Origin: Kiritimatiellia bacterium
GTDB lineage: Bacteria; Verrucomicrobiota; Kiritimatiellia; RFP12; UBA1067
Reading direction: 5' to 3'
DNA: 57,125 nt
Assembly (NCBI GenBank): GCA_035449085.1
Contig: DAOTKE010000002.1
Coordinates: 1 to 57,125 of the forward strand
Shown here piece by piece: positions 10,180 through 19,536 of this stretch; the first letter of the stretch is position 1, and each line of letters begins with the position of its first letter. A model generated the notes under the pieces. It did no database searches. It saw only the letters and a list, made by a program, of their open reading frames with translations, and had not been told where the DNA came from. A program made the position numbers and the translations under genes.

Positions 10180-10238
10180 CCCTTTTTTTCAAAAAAGGGG
10201 GTGCAAAATAAAAAAATTGCGATTTTTTTCGTTTTGCA
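10180..10238 (+). terminator. two A/T-rich hairpins downstream of ung (possible terminator / bidirectional element)
   Basis: CCCTTTTTTT-C-AAAAAAGGG palindrome, followed by TGCAAAATAAAAAAAT-tgcg-ATTTTTTTcgTTTTGCA. No classical GC stem plus U-tract. Confidence 0.3.
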
Positions 10239-10393
10239 CTTGAACACCCTTAAGAAAAAGTCAAAAATGCGCACTTTTAATTGCCCCTTGATAGGGGGTA
10301 AAATGGCCGGGATAAAACTTCCGGCCCACATCCGGACACGTCGATCAGCGACTGAGACCCGGAAGCGAGTAATGACCCAAGGAGTCCAAGACT

Positions 10394-12481
10394 ATGCCCA
10401 GAACCATACCGCTGGCTAAGATCCGCAACATCGGCATCATGGCGCACATCGACGCGGGGAAGACGACAACCAGCGAACGCATTCTCTTCTATTCCGGCAA
10501 AAACTACAAAATCGGCGAAGTGCACGAGGGCGCCGCCACCATGGACTACATGGTGCAGGAGCAGGAGCGCGGCATCACGATCACCTCGGCTGCGACCGCC
10601 GTGATGTGGCGCGATCACCAGATCAGCCTGATTGACACCCCCGGACACGTGGACTTCACGGCCGAGGTGGAACGCTCGCTGCGCGTGCTTGACGGCGCGA
10701 TCGCCCTGTTCTGCGCGGTGGGCGGCGTGCAGCCGCAGACCGAGCAGGTGTGGCGCCAAAGCGAGAAGTACTCCGTGCCCAAGCTGTGCATGGTCAACAA
10801 GATGGACCGCATCGGCGCCAACTTCTTCAACGTGGTCAACGAGATCCGCGACACGCTCGGCGGCAATCCGGTGGTCATGGTCTATCCGATGGGCGCGGGT
10901 GAGACGTTCCGCGGCGTGATCGACCTGCTGACGATGAAGGCGCTGACGTTTGACGAAGCCTCGCGCGGCGTCAAGATCATTGAGAGCGAGATCCCCGAAG
11001 AGTACCGCGAAGAGTGCGAGCGCCTGCGCGTGGAGTTGGTCGAGAAGGCCGCCGAGCAGGACGACGAACTGATGAACAAGTACTTTGAGACCGGTGAACT
11101 GACCCTCGCCGAGATCAAGCGGGGCCTGCGCAAAGGCACGATCGCGCGCACGATCGTCCCGACCTACTGCGGCACGGCGTTCAAGAACAAGGGCGTTCAG
11201 CCGCTGCTCGACGGCGTGATCGACTATCTGCCCTCGCCGCTGGACATTGGCGCCGTGGCTTCCGCGGATAATCCTGAGGCCAAGCGGCAACCCGACGACA
11301 AAGAGCCCTTCGCCGGCCTGGCGTTCAAGATCGTCTCCGACAAGCACATGGGCAAGATCACCTTTGTGCGCATTTATTCCGGCACGTTGCGCGTGGGCGA
11401 CACGATCCTCAACAGCACGATGGGGCAGGAAGCCCGCATTGGCCGCCTCTTCCGCATGCACGCCAACCATCAGGAGGCTCTGGAAGAGGCGCATGCGGGA
11501 GACATTGTGGCGACGGTCGGCCTGTCAAAGACCCGTACCGGCGACACGATTTGCGATCTTCAGCATCCGATCGTGCTGGAGTCGATCGAATTCCCCGCAC
11601 CGGTGATCTCTATCGCCATCCGGCCGGCCTCGCGCGGGGACAACGAGAAGCTCGGCAGCGCGCTGCATTCGCTGGCGCAGGAAGACCCGACCTTCGTTGT
11701 GACCTTTGACCAGGAGACGGGCGAAACGGTTATCTCAGGCATGGGCGAACTGCATCTCGAAATCATCGTGGACCGCCTGCGCCGCGAGTTCGGTGTGGCC
11801 TGTGAGGTTGGCAAGCCGGAGGTCGCCTATCGTGAGACGATCCGCCACCAGGTCGAGGGCGAATACAAGCACGTCAAGCAGTCCGGCGGACGCGGCCAGT
11901 ACGCGCACGTCTGCCTGCGCCTCGAGCCCCAGGAGCCCGGGCGCGGGTTCTCTTTCGTCAACGAGGTCAAGGGCGGCGTGATCCCCAGCGAGTACATCCC
12001 GGCCGTCGAAAAAGGCGTCATCAAAGCCATGGAAAGCGGTCCCTGCGGCGGTTTCCCGGTGGTGGACGTCAAAGTCACGGTCTTTTTCGGCTCTTACCAC
12101 GAGGTCGACTCGAACGAGTTCGCTTTCATCGAATGCGCGCGGCAGTGCTTCAGGCAGCTCTTCCTTAAGGGCAATCCGCAGCTTCTCGAGCCGGTCATGA
12201 ATGTCGAAGTGGCCGTGCCCGAAGAGTACATGGGCACGGCGACCGGTTCGATCTGCTCGCGCCGCGGGCGTGTCGAAGGCATGGACGACAAGGGCGGCAA
12301 CAAGCTGGTGCACGGCTTCGTGCCGCTCGGCGAGATGTTCGGCTACTCCAACGCGATCCGTACGGTCACGCAGGGACGCGGCACCTTCACGATGACCTTC
12401 GAGCGCTACGAGGGCGTGCCCTTCGAACTCGCCGAGGCGATCATCGAGAAGCGCAAGAAGGAAGGCAAAGTCCGCGGCTGA
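10394..12481 (+). CDS. fusA: translation elongation factor G
   Basis: 695 aa. G1 AHIDAGKTT, G3 DTPGHVDF, G4 NKMD. AAGGAG upstream of the ATG. Not flanked by rpsL/rpsG/tuf in this window. Confidence 0.95.
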   Translation: MPRTIPLAKIRNIGIMAHIDAGKTTTSERILFYSGKNYKIGEVHEGAATMDYMVQEQERGITITSAATAVMWRDHQISLIDTPGHVDFTAEVERSLRVLDGAIALFCAVGGVQPQTEQVWRQSEKYSVPKLCMVNKMDRIGANFFNVVNEIRDTLGGNPVVMVYPMGAGETFRGVIDLLTMKALTFDEASRGVKIIESEIPEEYREECERLRVELVEKAAEQDDELMNKYFETGELTLAEIKRGLRKGTIARTIVPTYCGTAFKNKGVQPLLDGVIDYLPSPLDIGAVASADNPEAKRQPDDKEPFAGLAFKIVSDKHMGKITFVRIYSGTLRVGDTILNSTMGQEARIGRLFRMHANHQEALEEAHAGDIVATVGLSKTRTGDTICDLQHPIVLESIEFPAPVISIAIRPASRGDNEKLGSALHSLAQEDPTFVVTFDQETGETVISGMGELHLEIIVDRLRREFGVACEVGKPEVAYRETIRHQVEGEYKHVKQSGGRGQYAHVCLRLEPQEPGRGFSFVNEVKGGVIPSEYIPAVEKGVIKAMESGPCGGFPVVDVKVTVFFGSYHEVDSNEFAFIECARQCFRQLFLKGNPQLLEPVMNVEVAVPEEYMGTATGSICSRRGRVEGMDDKGGNKLVHGFVPLGEMFGYSNAIRTVTQGRGTFTMTFERYEGVPFELAEAIIEKRKKEGKVRG

Positions 12482-12576
12482 GCGACGGCTCCTGGTCCAG
12501 GTTACCAGTGACTGGTTACAGGTTCTTGGCTGAGTGAGACGGGTCGGACTTTCCGACAAGGGTCTATCAAAGCGTT

Positions 12577-12610
12577 GGGGCGGTCTCAATGAGATCGCCC
12601 CCGCGTTTTT
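12577..12610 (+). terminator. intrinsic terminator downstream of fusA
   Basis: GGGGCGGTCTC-aat-GAGATCGCCCC (11-bp stem, one G:U), followed by CGCGTTTTT. Confidence 0.55.
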
Positions 12611-12647
12611 GAGTTTCGAGCTTTCCGGTCGGCGTGCTGCTTTGTGA

Positions 12648-15600
12648 TCAACGCACGCTGAGACATGTGCCGCCGGCCGGGCCGGTCTCCAATACAGTCA
12701 GCATGCCGCCGCCCGTAAAGACGGTATCGTCGATATTGTCGGCACCACTGCCGGTGGCGCCCCAGGTTCCCGCTGTTTTGAAAACGCCGTCAATCGCGAA
12801 GTGCAGCACAGTCACAGTAACTCCTGCCGGGATTTTGATTTTCGCCTGCTCGCCCTGCGTTGACGTGTCAATTCCCGCGTAGAGCCGCGTCTGTGAAGCA
12901 CTGCCGCCGAACACCGCAGCATGGCTCAATTCAAGGGTTCCACCGCGCTTCACCAGCAGCTTTTTCGATGCGACCGAGCAGTTTCCGACAAGCGCCAGCG
13001 TGCCGCCCTCGATCACCGTATCGGCCAGACTGCCGCATACTCCAGCCAGAATCTGTGTGCCGGCGCCAATCTTCACCAAGGCGACAAGACCGCCGATCGC
13101 ACCGCTGTAGCTGCCGTCAGCATCATCCGCGCCGACAGTCAGAGTTGCGACAGGAGCGGCTGAATTGGTGATCAGGACGCTTGCCGATTGTGAGTTGAAT
13201 CCGTTAACCGTTTCATCAAAGCCGTTCAGATCCAGCACCGCGCTGTTTTCAAGGCTCAAATCACCCTTGCCGGCGCCGTGCGGGATCACCTCGGGTGCGC
13301 CCAGCTTCAAGGTGGCGGCATTGCCCGTATAACCCTCCCACTGCACGCCGACGACCGTGCCGCCGCTGTAATCATTGGCCGTGTTGGCCAAAATAACAGT
13401 GCCGTTATCACAGTTGATGTTGACCGGGCCGCTGCCGGTCAATCGGGACAGCACGCTTAATGTCTGAGACCCGCCGGCTTCAAATGCCACACCGCCCTGA
13501 TTCACGGTGATCGTGCGATCAGCCGACAGAACCGGCGCATTGCTGTTGTTTTTGATCGTGGTTCCATTGAGAATCAGCGGCGCGTCAACCGGGCCGAAGA
13601 CTGAGTCGCCCGCGGCACCGGTCAGCCCCATGCGCACCACCCCGCCTGCCAGGATCAGGCCATTGGGCAATGCCGCAGAGTTGTCGGTGTCGATCAAAGC
13701 ATGACCACTGTAATAAAACGCTCTGTCTGAATCAGCCGCCGTTACATCCCATGCGTCGTAAAGACCGACCGGAGAGGCGGCATGGATGGTGAAGCGCGCG
13801 TCGGCGCGCAATGCGTCAAGAGTCGCTTGATTCGGCGCCAGCAGAGCGCCGCCGGCATGCACCGTGACGGTTTTGTCTGCACTAAGTATGTCCGTGCCTG
13901 ACAGACCGAGCGCCCCGTTATTGACAATCACATTCGCATTAACCACATTGGTGCCGACAGATGTGTTGTCGATCCAGGTAAACGGGCTGCCCTTGATGAA
14001 AATCTGGGCGCCGGGCCCCTCTTTAACCAGGTCGACAGCACCGGGCGAGACACAGATGCCGCTCTCTCCGATAACCCCCTCGAATTTCGCAGTGCCGCCA
14101 AGCGTGTTGATCGTCAGCGTGCTGGTTGTATCAGCCACGGAGTTGACCACCGCGCGGCACTGCACCGCCTTGCCGGCCGAAATCAGCGCACCGACGCGCT
14201 GCGCGGACGTGCCCATCAGATCAAGCCGGCAGAAAGCCTGACTCCAACTGGCGTTAAAGCGCACCGGAACGGCATCAGGCAGAATATTGTCGGCGCCGCT
14301 GAGTTTAAGCGTCAGGGAAGCACCGGACGAGGCATCCAGAACAACGGCACCCTTAAAGGTTGCCGGTTTGGTGATAACATAAACGTTCTCATGGTTCAGA
14401 GCACCGCCTCCTGCCCAGATGTTCAGCGTGCCGCTGCCAGCAATGACGCCATTGATTGTTTTAGACATGATACCGCCGGTGTATGCGCCGATGCGGGCAT
14501 AGCCGTCGATCGTGATGTCACCGTTCCAGGTGTCATGTTTGTCATTTTCGAAGAGCAATGCTCCCCTGCCCACAGCATTGCCCAAACCGGAGAGCGTGAC
14601 GTGCCGGACATTGACGTTCGTATCCAACGGGATGATCTGACCGCCGTCGAAGACACGGACATCTGTATTTACAACCGTATTGGAACCGATCCACACCACG
14701 CCCTCCTCAATGAACAGTGTGCCATTCCAGTCGCTGCCGTCACCCAGCAGGCGTTGTATGCCAATTCCGCGTTTTACCACATTGATGGTGTCCCGAAATT
14801 TGCCGGTGAAACTGAGATCATGATCGGCCGCGACATTTAGTTCCAGCGTCGCCGGCGTTTCGGCACTGTTGACAAAGTCGCGGACAATGCTGATTTTGCG
14901 CGGCGCATCAGCGACACCGGCGGTCTGCTGGGTAAAGCCTCTCAAATCCAGTTCGGTGGTTCGGGCAGTTTCATTGCCACCGACGCTGAGAATCGCGGTC
15001 GCAGGCAATGCATTGTCCACATGCCAGTTAAAGAAGGCGTTGCAAGTGTTTTCATTCTGCAGAATGACATCGCCGTCAAAGGTGCTGGCGACATTGAAAT
15101 TCAATGTCTGCTGATGAGCAGGGCCTGCACCGCCGCCGCCAATGATCAGATTCCCGCTGCCGATGATCGGCGCATTGAAATTGACAGTCGAAATTGAGGA
15201 GTAGGCCTTGATCTTGGTGGCATCCAGCAAAGTTATCGGAGCGTTCAAATTTATGGTAATAGCGTCTCTGTAAATATATAAAGCCCCCTTGACCGCACTG
15301 TCCGAGCTGTAATTGCCGGAAAGGAAAAGCGGTTTTTCAAAATCGTATTCAGCCTGCTGTTGCAACGAAATATGCAGGGTGGCTCCATCATGGACCCTAA
15401 TCGGAGTGCCTGCCGGAATCATATAGTCAGAAGTGGTCGTCCCTTCCCTGATAAATAGAATACCCTCCACCACCTCGATCCCGGCGGTCACGCTTGCCAG
15501 AGACCGCAACGGTCTTTGAATCAGCAACGTCCCGTTGCCCAGCTTCAGGAAACGCTGATCACCGAAATTGATCGCGTCCATAGCGGGATTGGTCACGACA

Positions 15601-16190
15601 TGTGCTGGAGCATAGATGCCGACCATCGCGCCCGCCGCAAACTGATTTGCGGAATGGCCCAAGGCACTCGCCAGATCCGCACCCTGCTCAAAAGCCACTC
15701 CCGCGCCTGCACCGACACTCATAGTGCCTCCCAACGCATGAAGCAGACTCAGATAGCCACTTTGCACATCAAGCGCGCCGGTAAACGCATTGTTGACAAT
15801 CAGATGTCCGCCGCCTGTCTTGCTGACTCCACCGGCACCGGTCAGCGACTCGGATATTTTGGCGGTGCAGTGATCCGCCACACTGATCAGTGTGGGCGCC
15901 CCCGTCATCTCCAGCGCGCCATCGTTGTCGGCATCGGCGACCGCGTAGCCGTCAACCTCGAACGTCATGCTGCTCACGGTCAAAGCCGCGCCGACCTCGA
16001 CTGTTTCGCCGCTACCGCCGAAGACGGCGCTGTTGCCATTGGTCCAGACCGTGCCGCCCTCCCAGTTGGCGTTTTCCAGATTCCAAATATTATTGGCATC
16101 CGCGGCATTCCACCTCTGTTCAATCGCCTGTGCATCGAGAGAAGTGGCAATGATCAGTATTGCCGAGACCATTTGACACCGAGTTTTCAT
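12648..16190 (-). CDS. large secreted autotransporter-associated beta-strand repeat protein (adhesin-like, no barrel domain seen)
   Basis: Signal peptide MKTRCQMVSAILIIATSLDAQA (ATG 16190, AGGAG upstream). Gly/Thr/Asn-rich beta-strand repeats throughout. W..ANWEGG head motif. C-terminal tail GGTCLSVR. Confidence 0.85.
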   Translation of the reverse strand: MKTRCQMVSAILIIATSLDAQAIEQRWNAADANNIWNLENANWEGGTVWTNGNSAVFGGSGETVEVGAALTVSSMTFEVDGYAVADADNDGALEMTGAPTLISVADHCTAKISESLTGAGGVSKTGGGHLIVNNAFTGALDVQSGYLSLLHALGGTMSVGAGAGVAFEQGADLASALGHSANQFAAGAMVGIYAPAHVVTNPAMDAINFGDQRFLKLGNGTLLIQRPLRSLASVTAGIEVVEGILFIREGTTTSDYMIPAGTPIRVHDGATLHISLQQQAEYDFEKPLFLSGNYSSDSAVKGALYIYRDAITINLNAPITLLDATKIKAYSSISTVNFNAPIIGSGNLIIGGGGAGPAHQQTLNFNVASTFDGDVILQNENTCNAFFNWHVDNALPATAILSVGGNETARTTELDLRGFTQQTAGVADAPRKISIVRDFVNSAETPATLELNVAADHDLSFTGKFRDTINVVKRGIGIQRLLGDGSDWNGTLFIEEGVVWIGSNTVVNTDVRVFDGGQIIPLDTNVNVRHVTLSGLGNAVGRGALLFENDKHDTWNGDITIDGYARIGAYTGGIMSKTINGVIAGSGTLNIWAGGGALNHENVYVITKPATFKGAVVLDASSGASLTLKLSGADNILPDAVPVRFNASWSQAFCRLDLMGTSAQRVGALISAGKAVQCRAVVNSVADTTSTLTINTLGGTAKFEGVIGESGICVSPGAVDLVKEGPGAQIFIKGSPFTWIDNTSVGTNVVNANVIVNNGALGLSGTDILSADKTVTVHAGGALLAPNQATLDALRADARFTIHAASPVGLYDAWDVTAADSDRAFYYSGHALIDTDNSAALPNGLILAGGVVRMGLTGAAGDSVFGPVDAPLILNGTTIKNNSNAPVLSADRTITVNQGGVAFEAGGSQTLSVLSRLTGSGPVNINCDNGTVILANTANDYSGGTVVGVQWEGYTGNAATLKLGAPEVIPHGAGKGDLSLENSAVLDLNGFDETVNGFNSQSASVLITNSAAPVATLTVGADDADGSYSGAIGGLVALVKIGAGTQILAGVCGSLADTVIEGGTLALVGNCSVASKKLLVKRGGTLELSHAAVFGGSASQTRLYAGIDTSTQGEQAKIKIPAGVTVTVLHFAIDGVFKTAGTWGATGSGADNIDDTVFTGGGMLTVLETGPAGGTCLSVR

Positions 16191-16270
16191 ACGATGACTC
16201 CTGGTTGAAAATGAACAACCTATGACATGAGCACCGCGCAACGTTATAAAAAATTAAATCGCATCATCTT

Positions 16271-16299
16271 TTTTTACGTATGTTTGTTGAATATGTCAA
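16271..16299 (-). promoter_or_regulatory. candidate sigma70-type promoter for the 12648..16190 gene
   Basis: On the minus strand: TTGACA (16299..16294), 17 nt, TAAAAA (16276..16271). Lies in an about 100-bp A/T-rich block within an otherwise GC-rich region. Confidence 0.35.
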
Positions 16300-16456
16300 A
16301 CAAAAATCCAAAATTTTTAAAGTTCGGGTGCGATTTTATCCTGTTGAAGGTTAGGAGGCCTTGTGGCGCGAGCGGTGGCGGGTGTGGATGTCCGCCATGA
16401 AGACCGCGTTGGCGTGGCGCCAGACTGGCAATCGGGGGCAGCCCGCGCCGGACTGC

Positions 16457-17335
16457 TTACGGAGCGCGGGAGCTTGCGCCCGCTTTCACCGGCGGCGGGG
16501 TGCGCCCGAGTTGCGCGAGCACGCGTTTGAGCGCGTGCCAGACCTCGGTCTTGGCGCGCTTGAGGCCTGCGGCATCGCCCAGCGATTCAAACCGCAGAAT
16601 ATAGGCGGGGTGGTAGGTCGGCATCACAGGAATACCCTCATAGCGGGTCCAATGCCCTTGCAGGCGCGTGACGCCGACCTGCGTTTCCAGCAGGCCGCGG
16701 ATCGCCGTCCCCCCCAGCAACACGATGGTTTTGGGCTGCACGATGCGGATCTGCTCGCGCAGGAAGGGCAGGCACGCCCGCATCTCGTCGGCCTCGGGCG
16801 TGCGGTTACCCGGCGGACGGCACTTGCAGATGTTCGCGATGAACACGTCGTCGCGCGTGTACCCCATCGCCGCAATCATCTTGGTCAGAAACTGGCCGGC
16901 CGCGCCGACAAACGCCAGGCCCTCGCGGTCTTCGTCCGCTCCAGGTGCTTCACCGATGAACATCACGTCCGGCGAGAACGGGTTTCCCTGCCCCGGCACG
17001 CAGCGGTTGCGCTGTTGGCGCAGGACGCACGCCTCGCACGCCTCGATACGCGCGGCGATCTCGGCCAGTGCCTCACGCCGCTGCTCCAGCGTGCGGAGAG
17101 CGGGCTCAGTGGATGGGATCGTGAAGGTTGCTGTGGACGGGGCGGGTGTCGCGGCGGGACGTTGCGCGGCGGGTGCTGCCGCCGGTGTAGGCGCACCGCG
17201 CGACGCTCCGCCCGCTTTGCGAGGCGCCAGATCACGGATCACCTCGGGGGCGACCTGCACCGAACGCACGCCCAACTCTTTGAGCAGCGTCAGATGGTCG
17301 GCCAGCCCGTCGATGACCTCGGTCCAGTCGGACAT
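16457..17335 (-). CDS. uracil-DNA glycosylase, family 4 (Fe-S type) with Ala/Pro-rich N-terminal extension
   Basis: Motif A FIGEAPGADED, motif B HPAYILR, Cys cluster CEACVL...C. Start ATG 17335 (or 17353). The rest of ORF 16457..17848 overlaps galE out of frame. Confidence 0.85.
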   Translation of the reverse strand: MSDWTEVIDGLADHLTLLKELGVRSVQVAPEVIRDLAPRKAGGASRGAPTPAAAPAAQRPAATPAPSTATFTIPSTEPALRTLEQRREALAEIAARIEACEACVLRQQRNRCVPGQGNPFSPDVMFIGEAPGADEDREGLAFVGAAGQFLTKMIAAMGYTRDDVFIANICKCRPPGNRTPEADEMRACLPFLREQIRIVQPKTIVLLGGTAIRGLLETQVGVTRLQGHWTRYEGIPVMPTYHPAYILRFESLGDAAGLKRAKTEVWHALKRVLAQLGRTPPPVKAGASSRAP

Positions 17336-17339
17336 CACG

Positions 17340-18362
17340 TCATGCCTTTGCATAACCGTTGGGGTTCTGAGACTGCCAGCGCCAGGCGTCTTCGCACATG
17401 ACGCGCAGGTCGCGTTCGGCGCGCCAGCCCAGTTCGCGGGCGGCCTTCGAAGGGTCGGCCCAGCACTCGGCCACATCGCCGGGGCGGCGGGGTTTGATCG
17501 TGTAGGGGATCTTGCGTCCTGACGCCTGTTCAAACGCGGCGACCACCTCCAGCACGCTCGACCCCCTGCCGGTCCCGAGATTGTAGACCGCGAGACCGGG
17601 CTTCGATGGCAATTTGTCCAGCGCCTTGAGATGGCCGAGCGCAAGATCGACCACGTGGATGTAGTCGCGGACGCCGGTGCCGTCGGGCGTCGGGTAGTCG
17701 TTGCCGAAGACCGACAGGCTCGGGAGACGTCCGACCGCCACCTGCGCCACAAAGGGCAGAAGGTTGTTGGGGATGCCGGCGGGGTCTTCGCCGATCCGGC
17801 CGCTGGGATGCGCCCCGATCGGGTTGAAGTAGCGCAGCAGGATGACATTCCAGTCGGGGTCGGCCTTCTGCACGTCGCGGAGAATCTGCTCCATCATCAG
17901 CTTCGACCAGCCGTACGGGTTGGTCGCGCCGGGCGTGGGGAAATCCTCGCGGATCGGCACCGACGCGGGATCGCCGTAGACGGTGGCGGAGGAGCTGAAC
18001 ACGAGATTGCGGCAACCTGCGGCGGCCATCGCCTCGCACAGCGTGATCGTTCCCGTGATGTTGTTCCCGTAGTAGGCCAGCGGGATGCGCACCGACTCTC
18101 CGACCGCCTTGAGCGCGGCGAAATGAATCACGGCGTCGATGGGGCCTTCCGCCTGAAAAACGTGGCCAAGCGCCGCCCGGTCCCGGATGTCGACCTGGCG
18201 GAACGATACCGCCTTGCCGGTAATCTCGGCCACACGGCACAGACTTTCCTGACTGCTGTTGCAGAGGTTATCGACCACCGCGACCGCATGTCCGGCGTTC
18301 AACAATTCAACGATCGTATGGCTGCCGATGAATCCGGCACCGCCCGTGACTAAAACTTTCAT
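17340..18362 (-). CDS. galE: UDP-glucose 4-epimerase
   Basis: [15 protein letters not shown] Rossmann motif, catalytic Y-x-x-x-K (YGWSK), full-length similarity pattern to GalE. Confidence 0.92.
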   Translation of the reverse strand: MKVLVTGGAGFIGSHTIVELLNAGHAVAVVDNLCNSSQESLCRVAEITGKAVSFRQVDIRDRAALGHVFQAEGPIDAVIHFAALKAVGESVRIPLAYYGNNITGTITLCEAMAAAGCRNLVFSSSATVYGDPASVPIREDFPTPGATNPYGWSKLMMEQILRDVQKADPDWNVILLRYFNPIGAHPSGRIGEDPAGIPNNLLPFVAQVAVGRLPSLSVFGNDYPTPDGTGVRDYIHVVDLALGHLKALDKLPSKPGLAVYNLGTGRGSSVLEVVAAFEQASGRKIPYTIKPRRPGDVAECWADPSKAARELGWRAERDLRVMCEDAWRWQSQNPNGYAKA

Positions 18363-18571
18363 GGGAATCCTTTTTGAAAACAAGTCCCCAGTTTAGCGCA
18401 ATCCACAGTGAAAACAACCGCGAAGTTACCTCCCCGCTTCAACTCGGCGGCATGTTCACTCCTCCGCCACGGTCATTATTTGACGCGTCACATTATTCCG
18501 GGCCCGAAAAGCGGCCGGAGGTTCGCGGGTGGCCAATGGCCGACAGATCCGTAACCAAACGGCGGTAGAGG

Positions 18572-19138
18572 TCATTCGGCGTGTCGGTGCCCCAATATCC
18601 GAAGGCGCGGAAAGCCTGAGGAACGAACACGAAGGCCGCCAGAGTGACAAGCCCGTAGAGGTCCGTCTGGCAGCCAGGCGTCGGCCTCCACCGGGTGCAG
18701 TGCCAGAATTTCCGGCGCCGTTTGGGATAGGGATCCGACGAATCGGTGGAACTGGACCGCGGTCAGGATGGCACCGATCGCGGGAAACAAAATTTGCTCT
18801 TCCTTCATCAGATGCGCTTCGAGTTCGGCCCGCAGCGGATCGAAGGCGTTTCTCAACGAATCGAGCATCGCGCCGTACCGGCTGCGGTGGGCGTTCTGTA
18901 CCTTAGCCAGCAGCGTATCGATTCGATCCAGTTGCGTTCTGGTAAAGGCGTGGTGCGTGTCGAGAATGTGGTCGGCAAGGACGGTGAGCGGGACTACGGT
19001 CCAGTCGGTTGCGGGTGCGGCCGCCTGCTTCCGGAGCAGAGCTTGCTCTAAGTCCGCCAAGACTGTTTTCAGGTAAAGACGCCATCCTGAACACGCTTGT
19101 CGTAGCCGGGAAGGTGTCTGCCGAGTGCGTTGCTGCAC
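18572..19138 (-). CDS. hemerythrin/RIC(YtfE)-like domain protein, probably a truncated remnant
   Basis: Carries only one half-domain of the di-iron motif set (DHILDTHH ... ELEAHLMKEEQILFP). The sequence after EEQILFPAI has no second H/E set. The GTG start overlaps the 3' end of the upstream gene by 70 nt. Confidence 0.45.
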   Translation of the reverse strand: MQQRTRQTPSRLRQACSGWRLYLKTVLADLEQALLRKQAAAPATDWTVVPLTVLADHILDTHHAFTRTQLDRIDTLLAKVQNAHRSRYGAMLDSLRNAFDPLRAELEAHLMKEEQILFPAIGAILTAVQFHRFVGSLSQTAPEILALHPVEADAWLPDGPLRACHSGGLRVRSSGFPRLRILGHRHAE

Positions 19139-19536
19139 GATGCGCCGGTATTCACTCCTGCCCCGTCCTCAAAATGCAGCAGGAGCCACAGCTCGAACTT
19201 TGGATTGCTGACCGCCAGCCCCCTTTTGACAACCTCTTTGGTCTGATCGACAACCCAGTCGTGCAACTCCTTCAATTGCGCATCGGCCCACCGGTCTTTA
19301 TCGACAACCAGCCAGGCTTCATCACCCTCACGCATACTCTCGCGGTCGATGCGTCCTTTCATCCGCTTCAGCACGTCGCGCGGAGAACTCTTGCCCTTCG
19401 CGCGCAGGCACTCCACCTTGAGAGTCTGACAATCAAAAATGTCGAAATAGCCCGGCTCCGTCACGGCACCCTCCACCGCGATCAGATAGAGCCGTCCATA
19501 TCGTCTGACTCCATAAGGTCTTGTGAACCGGGACAT
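19069..19536 (-). CDS. RloB-like (Toprim-like) protein, AbiLii/AriB-like partner
   Basis: 155 aa. Motifs LIAVEGAVTEPGYF, WLVVDKD and VSNPKFELWLLLHF. Its ATG overlaps the upstream ATPase stop (TAATG). Confidence 0.8.
   Translation of the reverse strand: MSRFTRPYGVRRYGRLYLIAVEGAVTEPGYFDIFDCQTLKVECLRAKGKSSPRDVLKRMKGRIDRESMREGDEAWLVVDKDRWADAQLKELHDWVVDQTKEVVKRGLAVSNPKFELWLLLHFEDGAGVNTGASCSNALGRHLPGYDKRVQDGVFT

Noticed and set aside
10277-11494. 405-aa ORF antisense to fusA. Similar long shadow ORFs occur at 718..1740, 3206..4159, 22947..24167, 28969..30609, 31736..32935, 35621..36298, 36566..37573, 48115..49086, 49558..51294 and 55837..56985.
   Set aside because: All lie opposite strongly supported genes and have low-complexity R/A/G/P/H-rich translations with no motifs. 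They are high-GC artefacts.
17336-17848. N-terminal 170 aa of ORF 16457..17848
   Set aside because: This part overlaps galE out of frame and is Ser/Arg/Pro/Thr-rich. UDG homology starts only after the ATG at 17335 (or 17353).
18456-18800. Frameshift rescue of the hemerythrin-like gene
   Set aside because: Manual translation of the other two minus-strand frames gave an early stop in one and unrelated sequence without H/E motifs in the other.
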